Shown here piece after piece: positions 10,472-23,494 of a DNA stretch of 64,000 bases. The position numbers and the translations under genes were made by a program. This stretch comes from Balanoglossus misakiensis (lineage: Eukaryota; Animalia; Hemichordata). The DNA lies in the NCBI GenBank assembly GCA_040954595.2, contig CM082580.2:10890390-10954389 (forward strand). Reading direction: 5' to 3'. How positions within the stretch are numbered: the first letter of the stretch is position 1; each line of letters begins with the position of its first letter. The notes beneath the pieces are model-generated. The model was not told the origin of the DNA and made no database searches. It worked only from the letters and a program-made list of their open reading frames with translations.

Positions 10472-13400
10472 CTACTTCTCAGGAGGTGGTGATGTGACAA
10501 TGCCGGTGGGGGGCATGCCGGTGTCTTTGCCATCATCCATCATTCTGGCGGTGTTTGGGAGAACGGTGACACCGGACCCCGCAGGGCTGCCGAAAGTTTT
10601 GCCTCCGCGTCCGGGAATGCGACGCATGCCACGGTGCGGAAAAGGCTTCCGGGGGCCGTTGAACTTGATGTGGTTCACCCTCGGTATCACGTTTGGAGGG
10701 TGCATCGGCTGCTCTTGATACGAGACGTCGGCGATGTAGGCCCGGTTCACGGCTGCCTGCTGATCCACTCCTGGTATGGCAGCATTCTGCAATTTGTACA
10801 CAGGTCAACAAGATAAGTCACTCAAACTCAGTATGACATCATCAAAGAGTGTATTGCTCCACAGTCTACTACTTGACCAAGCAAGGACAGGCTATGCTTT
10901 TTCTTTCAATCAGTTAGAGATCCAGCTAGTGTTTTCAATTTCGAGTACATGTATTTCACATGTATGGATAAGTTCTGTCCATGGCACTAAATATTCAATG
11001 ACATTGCTCCAAAATGGGGGGGGGGGGGGGGGGGGGGGATGAGATATGGCCACCTTAAACCCCCTGCATTCTAGGGCACAATGCAAGCACATGCAAAGAT
11101 GTTGCATACTAACCATCACTCAAGCCAAATCATCAGATCTACATGGATAGACAAAAAATACTCTTGATTTCTGTGACAATAAGAGTACCAACAATATCAC
11201 CTTGCCATAAGTCTTTTAACAGTTACACATACATACACACAGCTACACACATACATACATACATATACACATAAGCCATGAGCTGGTCAGATCTAATGTC
11301 AATTAGTTTTGACACTAACACTACCTCTGCCTGTCCAGGTTCAACCATAGGGACTGGTATTTCTGCCATTTCTGCTTGGTAAGGGTTTGGTGGGTAGATG
11401 ATTTCATTAGTGGGAGCACAGCTGGCATACACTGGTACCATACTAGCATTGGGAAGTGTTGGTGACTGTGTGGTAACAAGCCAAAAACAAAAAAGTGTCT
11501 GTCATCAGTGTCTATCCACTGTCAAAAACATAATCAACCTTCCTGAGAGCAAAACCACTGTTGATAGTAGCATGATATTTGGATAAAGATGACATTTGTA
11601 ACTACCAGAATTTTTCCAAAAGATAAGCATGATGTAATCGTGGTAAAATATTAATACCTGAGGTGGGGCCATCCATCTCCACTGAGTAGCGGGTGGGCTC
11701 CATGGAGGAGTATTCTGAAAGATCAAAGAGATGAACAGGGACTGTAATGACTATGGGTTTTGATTCAAGTTTTACCTGCCATTTGAAGAGTGTCCTCACC
11801 ACTGCACAGAGTGCAGTTCAAGTGAAATCTTGCAAATAATTTTCATATAAAGGTTTACATGGCAGCCTTTTTTGGGAGGCACCACGAGACAATATTTATC
11901 CGATGTTTTTCAGTGGGCTACATGGTCAAAATACTTACTGGGGCCGGCTGCTGATATGCTGGGTACTGTGGAGCTTGTGTGGTTGTTGGGATGTATTGTG
12001 GTGATGGCGGTGGTGGCAACATCACTGGTACAGAGTAGGGATACATGGATGATGGCTGTTGGGAAGGAAAATATGTACTCCAAAATTAGTCCTGGTCCTC
12101 ACAGCTTGTCAAGTTTGAGTTCATATTTGCAATCAATGTTTCAGGTATCTCTCAACAAGTCCAAGTATACTTACAGCTGGTGGCTGGGCAGGGTGTTGCA
12201 TATGTGGGGTGACCGGGTTGTCGGGATGGAAATACGCCATCCCATTCTGGTATGTGTAGCTGTATCCTGGATGGTGTACAATCATACCATTGGGAGATGA
12301 TATCACCGGCTCTGTATGTAAACCACAGTTAATACAATGACCACTGAAAATTACATTCTAAGAGAAGTGTTCTGCAATTTTCAGACACACAACACATTGC
12401 TTCTAAAGACCAAAAATATTTGTTAGCAAAGAAAACGATACCGACCAAATGTTACACTCTAAAACGTCAGAAGTCACAACAGAGAAAAAGAGAGAGACTT
12501 GCTTTAAAAAGAAGTTAAGAAATCACGACAGACAGACAGACAGATGCATAGAAATGGAGAGAGAATGAAAGTTACCAACCCACATCCTCAACAGGGAATG
12601 TAGATGGCTGCAAAAGAAAGCAGAAAGAAAAAGAGAGGTGAAAATAGAATATACCCACCACCGCTCTTAGGATAGGTTGGCTGAAATGAGAAATGACAAA
12701 CTCAGTTAGTGTGTTACTGATCAGTTGGCCCAAGTTGTGAAGTACACATAGTGTTAAAGTCAAGTCTTGGTTACTTAACCTCACTGCTTGGCTTCACACT
12801 TCCCCCTGCAGATGCAATGTTATATGCCGCCGACAGAATAAATTATGTGATATTATTTACAGCAAAAGCAGGTCATAAATTTACATGTAATTCTCATTTT
12901 GTGAAGGCAATCTTACCTGTTTCCTAACAGCTGGTCCTATATTTAATTTCTTGTCTTTAAATATAAGGTTATCACCCTGTAATGAGAGAAATGGGATAAA
13001 GAAACAAAACATGTAGGAATCGGTTTACCACAGTGCTTAACCCTGATTAACAAGTTTGGTCCAACCATCATGATACCAGTACTGTAGTTTGAGTTGAGAC
13101 AACCAGAAGGAGAGCATATTTCATTGAGCAGAATATCATTATCTATCAAAAGAAACTAAAATGTTGCTAGTTCTTACATTTTCCTGTTGTATCCTTGCCG
13201 CTTCCTCTGGTGTGTCGAATGTAATGAATCCATATCTGCGGAAAAAAGTACAGAACAATCTTTATTGTTTTAAGTACATGTACATTAATCACACTCCTCC
13301 TCCATGCAGTTCAACAACCTTTGTGGCTAATATTAAAAATGGTGTCATTACACTCAGTTGTTTATGCACTTTGAGATTGAAGTTAAACAGAGACTGCGAT

Positions 13401-14262
13401 CAGATCAGATGATGTATGCTTACCCTTTAGATACGCCTGCTCTGTCTGCAATTATCTTTGCTTCTTTCACACTTCCGAAGTTAGCAAAGAACCTCTTCAA
13501 CTCAATTTCAGTTGTCTGAGAGGGAGACAAGTCAATACTATAAATTAAATACTAATAGCATATGGTTTCAACATCAGACACAAAGGCTTGACAACGCAAT
13601 GTGTAGCTGTTGGCGAAAGTTGGCATCAGGAAACTATTTCACGGGAAATAACCACCACCTGTTTCATCCTGTCTCCCTCTCCAATTTAATCATCTGTCAG
13701 TGTTCAATGACCCATACTTAAAGAATACCATGTTTCACTGGCCTTTGATTAGGCCTAATCAATCAACATTCTCTGAGATGCAGAGTTCACATGGTGACTC
13801 GATACTCTCTGTCCGCAACCATGACATATCAAATGTCACAATAATACAATGTGTACTAAAGATAAGTCCGTAACAGTATACACTTTGCAACATTAGAGAA
13901 ATGAGATTTGTGATACCTAAATGTTCCCGGTATTCAATGACCATTCCTCTACACAAATGACAATGGGTATCTTAGTCTCAGACATGTTTACTTGACAAGT
14001 GAAAGTTTCTGTGGAATTTCACCATACATTCATAATAATTATTCCTGTTTCTTCCGAAAGTATCAATTGAATGATAACTCACATTAAAAGCAATTCCTCC
14101 GACAAATATCCTGTTTGGAATGACAGTACCATATCTTGGTGCATGGTTCGGGTTCAGGTCGGATGGTGACGGTGAGTGTTTGGGGTCCGGTGAAGAATTT
14201 CTGGATGTGAGATGTGGTATTGGTGGTGTTGGCGATGCACACGGCACTTCTGTTAATATCGG
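10472..14262 (-). CDS. BOLL: Boule (DAZ family) RRM RNA-binding protein; exons 14083-14262, 13424-13515, 13178-13235, 12917-12976, 12580-12607, 12175-12311, 11939-12055, 11658-11714, 11325-11465, 10472-10786
   Basis: Spliced translation gives APRYGTVIPNRIFVGGIAFN-TTEIELKRFFANFGSVKEAKIIADRAGVSKG-YGFITFDTPEEAARIQQEN-GDNLIFKDKKLNIGPAVRKQ, the Boule-type RRM. It is followed by the conserved GYSYTYQNGMAYFHP motif and a Pro/Gln/Tyr-rich tail. All junctions are GT-AG and in phase. Confidence 0.95.
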
Positions 14263-15589
14263 CTGTTGAAATGAAACAAAAAAGGCAGATTATGGCAGTG
14301 AATGGATGTTTGTTTCTTTTTTTAGCTTAAACCGAGAAACTTAAACTGAGAATGTTCATTTCACACTTCAGATCACTAGCGCCCTCAATAGTCCATGAGA
14401 ACATTTCTTTCGGTACGCATAGCGAAAAGTATGCCAACCATATCTATAATCACATAAATTCTACAGTCACTCCAAAAGCAGTCACTGCACTCCAGTCTGT
14501 TGTTTTCCTACGTGCAACATCTCCTGCCAAAATGATCACTTTTGATATCCCCTGATTAACGCTTGATAGTTTTATCTTAATTACAAACAGGCAGGGCAGA
14601 CCAGATCAACTTCACCGCACATGCTTATTTATATTTCAAATCCACATGGCAACTGATCTCTCCAGTGTTTCAAACACTGAATAAACTTCAAAATAAATTT
14701 TAATGACAGGACATTTCCCTTGGTGGGGTTTACTTCCTGTCCATTTGGTACCGGATGTTTGATACCCTGGGTACAACACCCACAAGCACAGGCATACACA
14801 CACAGTGGGAGTTTCCCACAAGGCACCACAGTACCAGGTTTTTCACATACAATGTAGCTGTATTATAGCTCATTGGTGAGACTGTCATTCTCTGCAAAGT
14901 CCATAAGACAATGCATTGGTCAGGACTTCAATATGATGCCGTGAAATGTTAAGAACCCAGTCAAAACAACTCCCTAGGGCATACATACATCAATTACTTA
15001 AGACACTTGTCACTGTAATATATTCATTATCACTTTCAGTGACCTTTAATGTGACCCTACTGTCTAAAGTCAATGAGCCGTTTACAACCAGACCACAAGT
15101 GTAAATGAAACTTCTAGCCATGTTGGTATGCAACTGTATCATTTTGAACTACTTTCAATTATCCAAACTCTGATGTCATGAAAGCTTGCAAATATGATAT
15201 CAGTCTTGTAACTGAAGCAAAATTAATCACACTGCTATGCTCATGGATCAACTGTCATATTTGGCTATTTTTTCAGTATTTTAGTAGCCAAACATTTTAG
15301 TTAATTATAGAACCTTTTTCTAACACAGTCACACCATTTTTCTCATGAGCCTGGGAGTGATCAATTACTGGCATGGCTCACATTGTACGCAAAATGAAAG
15401 TTATGTATGCAATTTTGTAACACACATAATTCAATTATCCCCCAAGTCAAGTCCAGGAAGTATTCTTTGATTTGATTGATGATGATGTGCAACCACAGAG
15501 TTTGAGTATCAGATACCGGGTTTGAACAATTTAGCGGACAGCATTTGCTGCTAAGGTTGTCGAATAATCCAGATGGTGTAAATTTTAAT

Positions 15590-15655
15590 ACCGTTTCTAT
15601 GGTAAGTTAGACCTTTACATCAGTAGGGGAAAAGGGGGGGGGGGGGTGAAAGTGA
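15590..15655. mobile_element. Degenerate copy of the same MITE family (upstream of boule exon 14262)
   Basis: TTTCTATGGTAAGTTAGACCTTTA...GGGGTGAAAG matches the family core and end. Confidence 0.45.
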
Positions 15656-15799
15656 TCTCCCATTTGAAACTGAATTACTTTCAATACTTTCTTGACTGAG
15701 ATATTGGTTAAGCAATGAAGATAACACAATAGTACATAGCTCTGCAGGTCCGATTGCGTTGCATTTTATTATTTCTTTGATGTTCTGCCAGTCAATGCT

Positions 15800-18700
15800 C
15801 CAATACAAGACATACTTTTCGCGCACATTTTCATAATTATTGCGTAATGAGCGGGGGCGCAGAGCGTCTTTTGTCCGGGCGATGTGTGAATGTGAGCGCA
15901 TGGTTACGCCAACATACCGAACTTTCAAAAACACAGCTGTGAAAGAGTTTGTTTACATCAAATCATCACAGATCGGGAACTTTGTCAAACGAGTTTCATC
16001 ATCGCTCACCTAGAGCAGTTCAGTTATTTTTGAAAGTGCGAACTACAATGCCTTTCCGATCCTCGGAACCAAACTTCGCCCCAACCTTCAGTCATCAATC
16101 TCTGCGTTTGTGATTGCGGCAAACCGACACGATCTCAAATCGACCGAAACCGTTTGAAGATGATCAGAAAAACAGAGAAACGATTGATATAAACGACTGT
16201 AAATTATCCGACTCCCAGTATTACGCTAAAAACAGGGTGAGCGATCGCCCCATGTCGTGATCTTAACCCCGAGCGCACGCCTACACTGTTGAGCAGACTC
16301 GCTCAGATCAGTTTACCTCCAACACGCGTCGCATTATCGGTCGCCGACTTTGTAACGCATATCATGAACATCCTTGCGGACTTCGTGAGAGAAACTCACC
16401 CTAACAGTGCCCCTTGACCATACAAAATTATCTTGCACCCAACAAATATAGCGATCGGGCCTGATTTATGCGATCTGCAATCATCGTATGTGATGAGTAG
16501 CAACCGAGAGATGGGTCGTGAAACGGTAAACATGGCAACTTCACAAATGTTTCATCTGCAAAATCTGGCATTTTTTTCGCGATGCGTGATTTTTCCGAGT
16601 GGAAGATAGATGTTAACTTACCGAATTTGACGGTCCTTGATTGCCGATCTCTGACATTATGTGCTAAATCTGACGGGGAAGGAAAACTGGACAAAACAAG
16701 AATATAAACACCAACACACCGGACCTCAACAACAGAACTTAGACTAAAGACGCAGCAGATTTCGCCGTTCACATGTTTTGGGGGGAGAGCGAATTACGCA
16801 CATACCATTCATACCAAGGAGGGTGAAGGGTCACTGGTAAAACGAAAGGGATGCGTCTACTGTATAACTCCAGCTGTTCAATCAAAAAGGACGTATCATA
16901 TCGATTTGAAATCTGCATACAGTGCAAAAACCGATGGATTTTGGAAGTCTTGCTAATAAAGGTGATAACTTTTTAAGTATAAGTATTTCACAACAAAAAT
17001 TGACACCCCCACGGAAAATGAGCAGCAAAACCGTTTACACCTGTCAATCATTCGCAAACGTCAATGTTGGCTCAAGATCGTTGGGCAGCGGCTGCTTTAT
17101 AATGATTTACACAGTTTCTTATCGCACAAATCGTCACTTTGCTATTTTCGTTTACACTAATCTTGTCCTTTGTAACCGATCCGCAATAGACTTGTGTTTT
17201 CTTACATGTATAATGTGTCGGCAAGGTCAATTCACTAGTTTAAATTGCCGTCGGGCCAGGAGTTGACTACAGGGGGGGGGGGGGTCATCTTTTTGAAATT
17301 TGGTGGCTATGTTATGTTATTTAGGGTATTATAGCACAAATGTATGAAAATATGAGTAGTTTTAGTAAATGTAGACAAGTTCCAGCAATTACCTGTTGAT
17401 CAGAATTATGACAACACAACTCCATGTAGCAAAGAAAAGTTTGGACAGGAAGGATCATGCTTATGAAAAGTATTGTTAGTTCCCGTGCAGCGAAATTTCA
17501 CTTAATAGAGAATGATAACAAGCTTAGAGTAACTTTTGATTTCAGGTTATATATAATTGCAAACATCTTCGTGGGCAGTGAAAGGTCCTGGACCCGTACC
17601 CAGGCCTAGCTCCAAGTCGTACTTGACGCACCAGTATCTAGGGTCGGGTCCTTTGATGTGCGTCACCATAGCAATGTGTATGTCACATTCATGGAGAACT
17701 AGAAAAGTCGACATTCTGGATTTTGATTCGCGCACTGAATTGAAACTCTGACTTTCAAGAAAAAGCAGTCTAGATTTTCAGCTCATTTCTACAAAGTCAA
17801 GTTAGTCAACATGCCCTTGACAGAAATGAATGCATAAGATTGTATGCGCTAAAAGTGATGCTAAAATGAACCCAAAATCAATGTTAACAAATATGATTAA
17901 TGATTGTGAAAAGTCAGTGGCAGCTCTAGAAATTATAACTTGGCTGCCAAAGTTGATCGAATGCATCACGTCTGGCTTATCTTTATGTGGTTCTCCCCAC
18001 CCACCCCCCGAAAAAAAACCCAGCCTGTCTCCTCCCGATATATAAAAGTTCACCCTGGGACTCGTAAACTTTAAATCGCGCACATATTCTGTTAATTTGG
18101 TGTATAGTCCCACTGGACAGTTATCTCCCTTTTTTAACTTGCAAGTTTGTTTGTTAATCGTTGTTTGGCGCCCGTCACCCACCCGTTTTAAGATCACATC
18201 CCCTGCGTTCTGACCATCATTTGTAAAATCATCAAAATGAATTATATTACGTGATAGGCGACCGTTGTTGCGCCGTAGCCTCTTTTGTTGTACCAGTAAC
18301 TTCCATATTCACACATCCTACTTCCGCTTCGTTCAATAACTTTTAGAAGACGAAGAAAATCTTCGGAGATCTTCAGATTACGCCCTGTTTACGAGGTGAA
18401 ACCGATAATGACGTCTTTTGTGTACGGACCGACAGGATATTGCCAATCAAGCAGGGCGCCGGGCAAACAACTCTCTTGCAATCATTAATCAGTAGATTTT
18501 ATTATTAGTTCTTTGTCTACCTATATTCCCCGCCCATTTCTGAGATATATCCCACCCAGTCATCATCCGTGACAGGCTGAACGTGTTTGTCTACAGCAAA
18601 CAAACACTATGTGGGAAAAGAACGCCCCTTCCTTTCTATCCCAAAATGTTGCAGTTGAGACCCCTGGCCCGCGACGTCTTTTCATACTTTTAATAAAAGA

Positions 18701-19250
18701 TCTACAGAAGGGATTGACACTTCCTGCAGTGCCTGTAGCTAAGCTCTTGTCTGATATTGGCGATACAAGTTGTATCTCGAGCTACAGTACAGTCCAACAA
18801 GAGGCATCTCTTATCCCGACAAACCGTGCAGATTTCATCATTGATATGGATGCGGCTCCGCCCTGTCCGTGACGTTCGCGACACACTTTATTGATAGCAG
18901 TAAAATGATATGTGCACAGTCTGCACCATGTACCAGGACCAAAACCCTATTATTGATGGGACGGAGAAACACTAGCAAAAATGATGCAGGAGATGTTGCA
19001 CAATGAGCTAGCCCTCCCCCTCCTCCCATCTCGAGCTCAGACACCGTCATGTCTTGACGTGATGACATGTCACATATATGGATGAGCCCAGATGGTAGGT
19101 CAGCAGGGTCAAGGTGCCCTGCAATCCCCAGGGCAGCGCGACGACGCAGGATTGATACATTGTAACAATGTAGCTAGACATCGACCCGACCTCGATGAAA
19201 CGAAAACTTGTTACATTGTTCGTAATGTATCCCCATGGCAACAAGAATGA
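15800..19250. promoter_or_regulatory. CpG-enriched promoter/5' region upstream of boule
   Basis: Visibly more CG dinucleotides than neighbouring introns; CCAAT box near 18443; X-box-like CCCCATGGCAAC near 19231. Confidence 0.35.
16806..16860 (-). other. BOLL: Candidate boule start exon ending in ATG
   Basis: Minus strand reads ...GAATG|gtatgt; the ATG (16808-16806) splices in phase 0 to exon 14262 (M-PILTEVPCAS). It lies in a CpG-rich region. Other upstream donors exist, so this is uncertain. Confidence 0.4.
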
Positions 19251-19328
19251 TCGACATAATAATGAAAGGTTCTACTACAATGACACGACTAAACACACAC
19301 CACTTCAGTTGTAAGAGTATCAATTCAT

Positions 19329-19334
19329 TTTATT
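19329..19334 (-). terminator. Candidate ancestral poly(A) signal of the DNHD1-like gene (beyond the nested transposon stack)
   Basis: AATAAA on - strand ending an AT-rich UTR-like tract 19330-20150 that would adjoin the dynein stop if the 20152-25904 insertion is removed. Confidence 0.4.
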
Positions 19335-20268
19335 TACTTTACAATAAAACTGATAATATACAAGATATTGTCATACAAGGGACGGAAATAATTCATATTT
19401 TAAAAACATCGCATATTAGTTTCTTTTACAAACAAAAGCCATATACAGAAACATGTATATATCAAATACATGGATGGGATGAATTCAGATGGCCTGTGGC
19501 TTGTTTTGTAAATATTCAAACAGCAACCAAACAAAAATTGCTTTAAAAAACAGAGGAAGACCATGCCAACCAACAGCTGTGATAGAAAAACCTTTCAGGT
19601 TTTCTTGTTTTAAAGTAAATAGTTCAAAGCGTAAAACATAGAAATATTACACTCCTGCTTGCTTTGAATTACTACAACTAAAGAAAATGTTTGAACCTTT
19701 ATTTACAAAATTACAAATGCAGCTCACTCAGGGATATGGTTAAAACATTTTCAGTGTCAATGAACTGCAACATTAAAGGGACAAAGCTGCCATCTCTGAA
19801 CACTGCCCTAGGGTTTATTTATTTACTTTCTAGTTTCATGGGAAGTATTATCTTATGCGGTTATCCTCCATGAAAATTATAAAATCTAAGTTGAAGAATT
19901 TGTTTTCACATCCTACATATAGCATATCATGTCAAAATGCTCATGCATCAATGATGCAATATTTGGTATGTATGATCATAGACAGTGGAGAAAAGACGGA
20001 CGTGCTACTAGTGCATTTCTTTTGTAGTAACGTCTGTTGTAATCCCTTTTAATCCACCAAACAATAGACAAACTCATCATCACCTCTTTATCGCCTCGCA
20101 TAATATCGTTTCTCCACTGTCTATGGTATGATAAACTGCATCACCAATATATTTGGGGGCACAAGCGCCCTCAGGCGGCTTGTGCCCCCATTGTTATTGT
20201 TGGAATTTTTAGGGGCACAAGCCTATCGGGCTTGTGCCCCTATTGGTATTGTTGGAATTTTTCTTATT

Positions 20269-23200
20269 ATTAGGGCCCAAGCGCAAGCAAGCGCTTGGGC
20301 CCTATTGGTTTCGTTGGGGTTTTTAGGGCCCAAGCGCATACCAGCGCTTGGGCCCTATTGGTTTCGTCTGGGTTTTTCTGTCTTTCCTTCTTTCTTCTTT
20401 CTTTCTTTATTCTTGTGTCAATTCTTTGTCGCTCTAGATCTCAGACACCGCTGCAGGTACACTTCTGAAACTTGCTACAGTGGTCAAGGTCAATGAGTAG
20501 TCGTGCATTGAACCTGTGAATTTTTAATTAGTCACGTGACCTGGCGGCCATCTTGGATTTTCTAAAAAAATGCAAATCTCAGATCTCAGAAACTACAAGT
20601 CAGATCAACTTCAAATTTGGCATGCTGGTAGACTACCTTTTGCCTATCATTTTTGTAATTGGAAATTATGCTGACAATGTTGCAGTTTTTTTGCTACAAT
20701 TTTTTTTCTGAAATCTGGCTTAAATTTCAAAAATCTTCTTCTCCAGAACCGACGATAACCGAGTCACGCCGTTTGGGGTATGTGGTCACCTAACAGATGT
20801 CTATCAAGTTTGCGAAGATCATTGTGATTGGTCGAAGATTATGGCGGCCATATTGGATTTTCGAAAAACCATAGTAAAACTTCAAAAATCTTCTTCTCCA
20901 GAACTGGCGATAACCGAGTCACAAGATTTGGTGTGTGTGATCATTAAACAGATGTCTATCAAGTTTGCGAAGGGGAATGTGATTGGTCGAAGATTATGGC
21001 GGCCATATTGGATTTTGTGAAAAACGATTAAAAAGTAAAAATTCCTTTTCTAGCCTAAAAATTGATAGCACAGAAATTCTTTTTATGGATATGAATCATC
21101 ATATGACAAGAATAAGCTATAAATATTTTGGTAATTTTGGCAATGACCTTTGACCTACTTTTGACGAATCATTTTTCTGCATATCTAATTCCAGGCTAAC
21201 CAATAGGGCTATAAGTTTGGTTTTTGATGTATGTGGATTTGTACGTGATCAAAAAATTTTGCTACTTTTCATGACCCCTTTGACCTCTGGTGACCTCATT
21301 AAATATGCGCATACCTAATTACAGATTAACCAATAGACCTAAAGGTTTGGGGTTTTTTGGACATGGATCAGTATGGGGTCAAAATATTTTGCCCAAATGT
21401 TGGGTGACCTCCGGTGACCTTTGACCTACTTTTGCATATCTCGGCATCCAAAGCAGGTACAGCCTTGGCATTTGCAGATATGGGGCCATAATGAAAAGCC
21501 AAAGTTTTGGGTCACCTGTGACCTCTGCTGACCTCATTAATTATGTGCATAACTGATTACAGGTGAACCAATACAGCTAGAGGTCTGGTTTTTATTGGAC
21601 ATGGACCACTATGGGTAAACATTTTCTGCCCAAATTTTGGGTGACCTCAGATGACCTTTGACCTACTTTTGCATATCTCGGCATCCAAAGCAGGTACAGC
21701 CTTGGCATTTGGAGATATGGGGCCATAATGAAAAGCCAATGTTTTGGGTCACCTGTGACACCTGCTTAACTCATTATTTATGTACATACCTAATTCCGGG
21801 CTAACCAAAAGGGCTAGAGGTCTGGTTTTTATTGGACATGGACCACTATGGGTCAAAATATTCTCCTCAAATTGTGGGTGACCCCTGGGTGCCTTTGACC
21901 TACTTAACACTATATCAGCACCAAACATAGATATAACCTTGATAGATCTTGGGATAAAACACAGCATTATGTTTCTATTCATTAATTATGTGCATATCTA
22001 ATAATCAGATCAGATAATAGAGCTTGGGCCCGGACAATGCTGCTTGCAGCTTTAATTCTTTCTTTCTTTCTTTCTTTCTTTCTTTTTTCTTGTGTCAATT
22101 CTTCGGCCAACTAAATCTCTGAAACTACTGCAGGTACACTGCTCAAACTTGCTACAGTTGTCAAGGTCAATGAGTAGATGTGCAGTGACTTGTGAATAAT
22201 TAATTAGTCACGTGACCTGGCGGCCATATTGGATTTTCTGAAAAAATTCAAATCTCAGATCTCAGAAACTACAAGTCAGATCGACTTCAAATTTGGCATG
22301 CAGGTAGACTACCTTCTACCCATCATTTTTGTAATTGGAAATTTTGCTGTCAATGTTGCAGTTTTTTTGCTACAATTTTTTTTCTGAAATCTGGCTTAAA
22401 TTTCAAAAATCTTCTTCTCCAGAACCGGTGATAACCGAGACACGGGGTTTGGGGTATGTGGTCACCTAACTGATGTCTATCAAGTTTGCGAAGATCATTG
22501 TGATTGGTCGAAGATTATGGCGGCCATATTGGATTTTCGAAAAACCATAGTTAAACTCCAAAAATCTTCTTCTCCAGAACGGGCGATGACTGAGTCGCAA
22601 GATTCGGGGAGTATGGTCACTACACTGATGTCTATCAAGTTTGCAAAGAGCATTGTGATTGGTCGAAGATTATGGCGGCCATATTGGATTTTGTAAAAAG
22701 CAGTGAAAAATTGAAATTCCTTTTTCTAGTCTAAAAATTGATAGCATACAAATTCTTTTTATGGATATCAATCGTCATGTGACTAAAATTTGTTACAATT
22801 TTTTGGCGATTTTTCACATGACCTTTGACCTACATATCACACGTTATTATTTCAGCATTTCTAATTCCAGGCTAACCTATAGGGCTAGACTTTTGGTTTT
22901 TGATGCATGTGGATTAGTGTGTGATCAAAATATTTTGCTACTTTTCATGACCCCTTTGACCTCTGCTGACCTCATTAATTATGTGCATAGCTAATTACAG
23001 GCGAACCAATAGAGGTAGAGGTTTGGTTTTTGTTGGACACAGACCAGTATGGGATCAAAATTTTTTGCCCAAATGTTGCATGACCTCTGGTGACCTTTGA
23101 CCTACTTTCGCATATCTCAGCATCCAGAGCAGATACAGCCTTGGCATTTGGTAGGATGGGACCAAAATGTAAAGCCACATTTTTGGGTCACCTGTGACAC

Positions 23201-23494
23201 CTGCTGACCTCATTAAATATGCACATACCTAATTACAGGCGAACCAATAGAGCTAGAGTTTTGGTTTTTGTAGGACATGGACCAGTATGGGTCAAAAAAA
23301 ATTGCCCAAATGTTGGGTGACCCCAGGTGACCTTTGACCTACTTCACCCTATTTAAGCAGCAAAAATACACACGTCCTTGTTATGTCATGAGATAATACA
23401 TCCGATAGAAAATTCTGTTTCTTCTCATTCATACTGTGCATATATAATTCAAGATCAGCGCTTGGGCCCGACAATGCTGCTCGCAGCTTTAATT
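20269..23494 (+). mobile_element. HINE-like element 3 nested in element 2 (head 20271-20304, body and tail 22058-23494)
   Basis: Hairpin TAGGGCCCAAGCGC..GCGCTTGGGCCCTA; (CTTT)n; tail GCGCTTGGGCCC..GCTGCTCGCAGC-TTTAATT. Confidence 0.8.
20322..22057 (+). mobile_element. HINE-like element 4, innermost and uninterrupted (~1.73 kb)
   Basis: Hairpin 20324-20357; CT-rich microsatellite; internal ~120-bp tandem repeats; tail GCTTGGGCCC..GCTGCTTGCAGC-TTTAATT at 22022-22057. Confidence 0.85.

Noticed and set aside
11016-11038. Poly-G runs (also ~15640, 17272, 28252, 28714) as G-quadruplex regulators
   Set aside because: Intronic or intergenic homopolymers of this kind recur throughout the window; nothing indicates function.
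17270-18065. Possible MITE bounded by G-run and C-run ends upstream of boule
   Set aside because: I could not define matching TIRs or a TSD from the sequence alone.
20154-20357. Four spaced palindromes resembling a CRISPR array, REP cluster or terminators
   Set aside because: Eukaryotic context, no cas genes, and the spacers resemble each other; each palindrome pairs with a downstream transposon tail.
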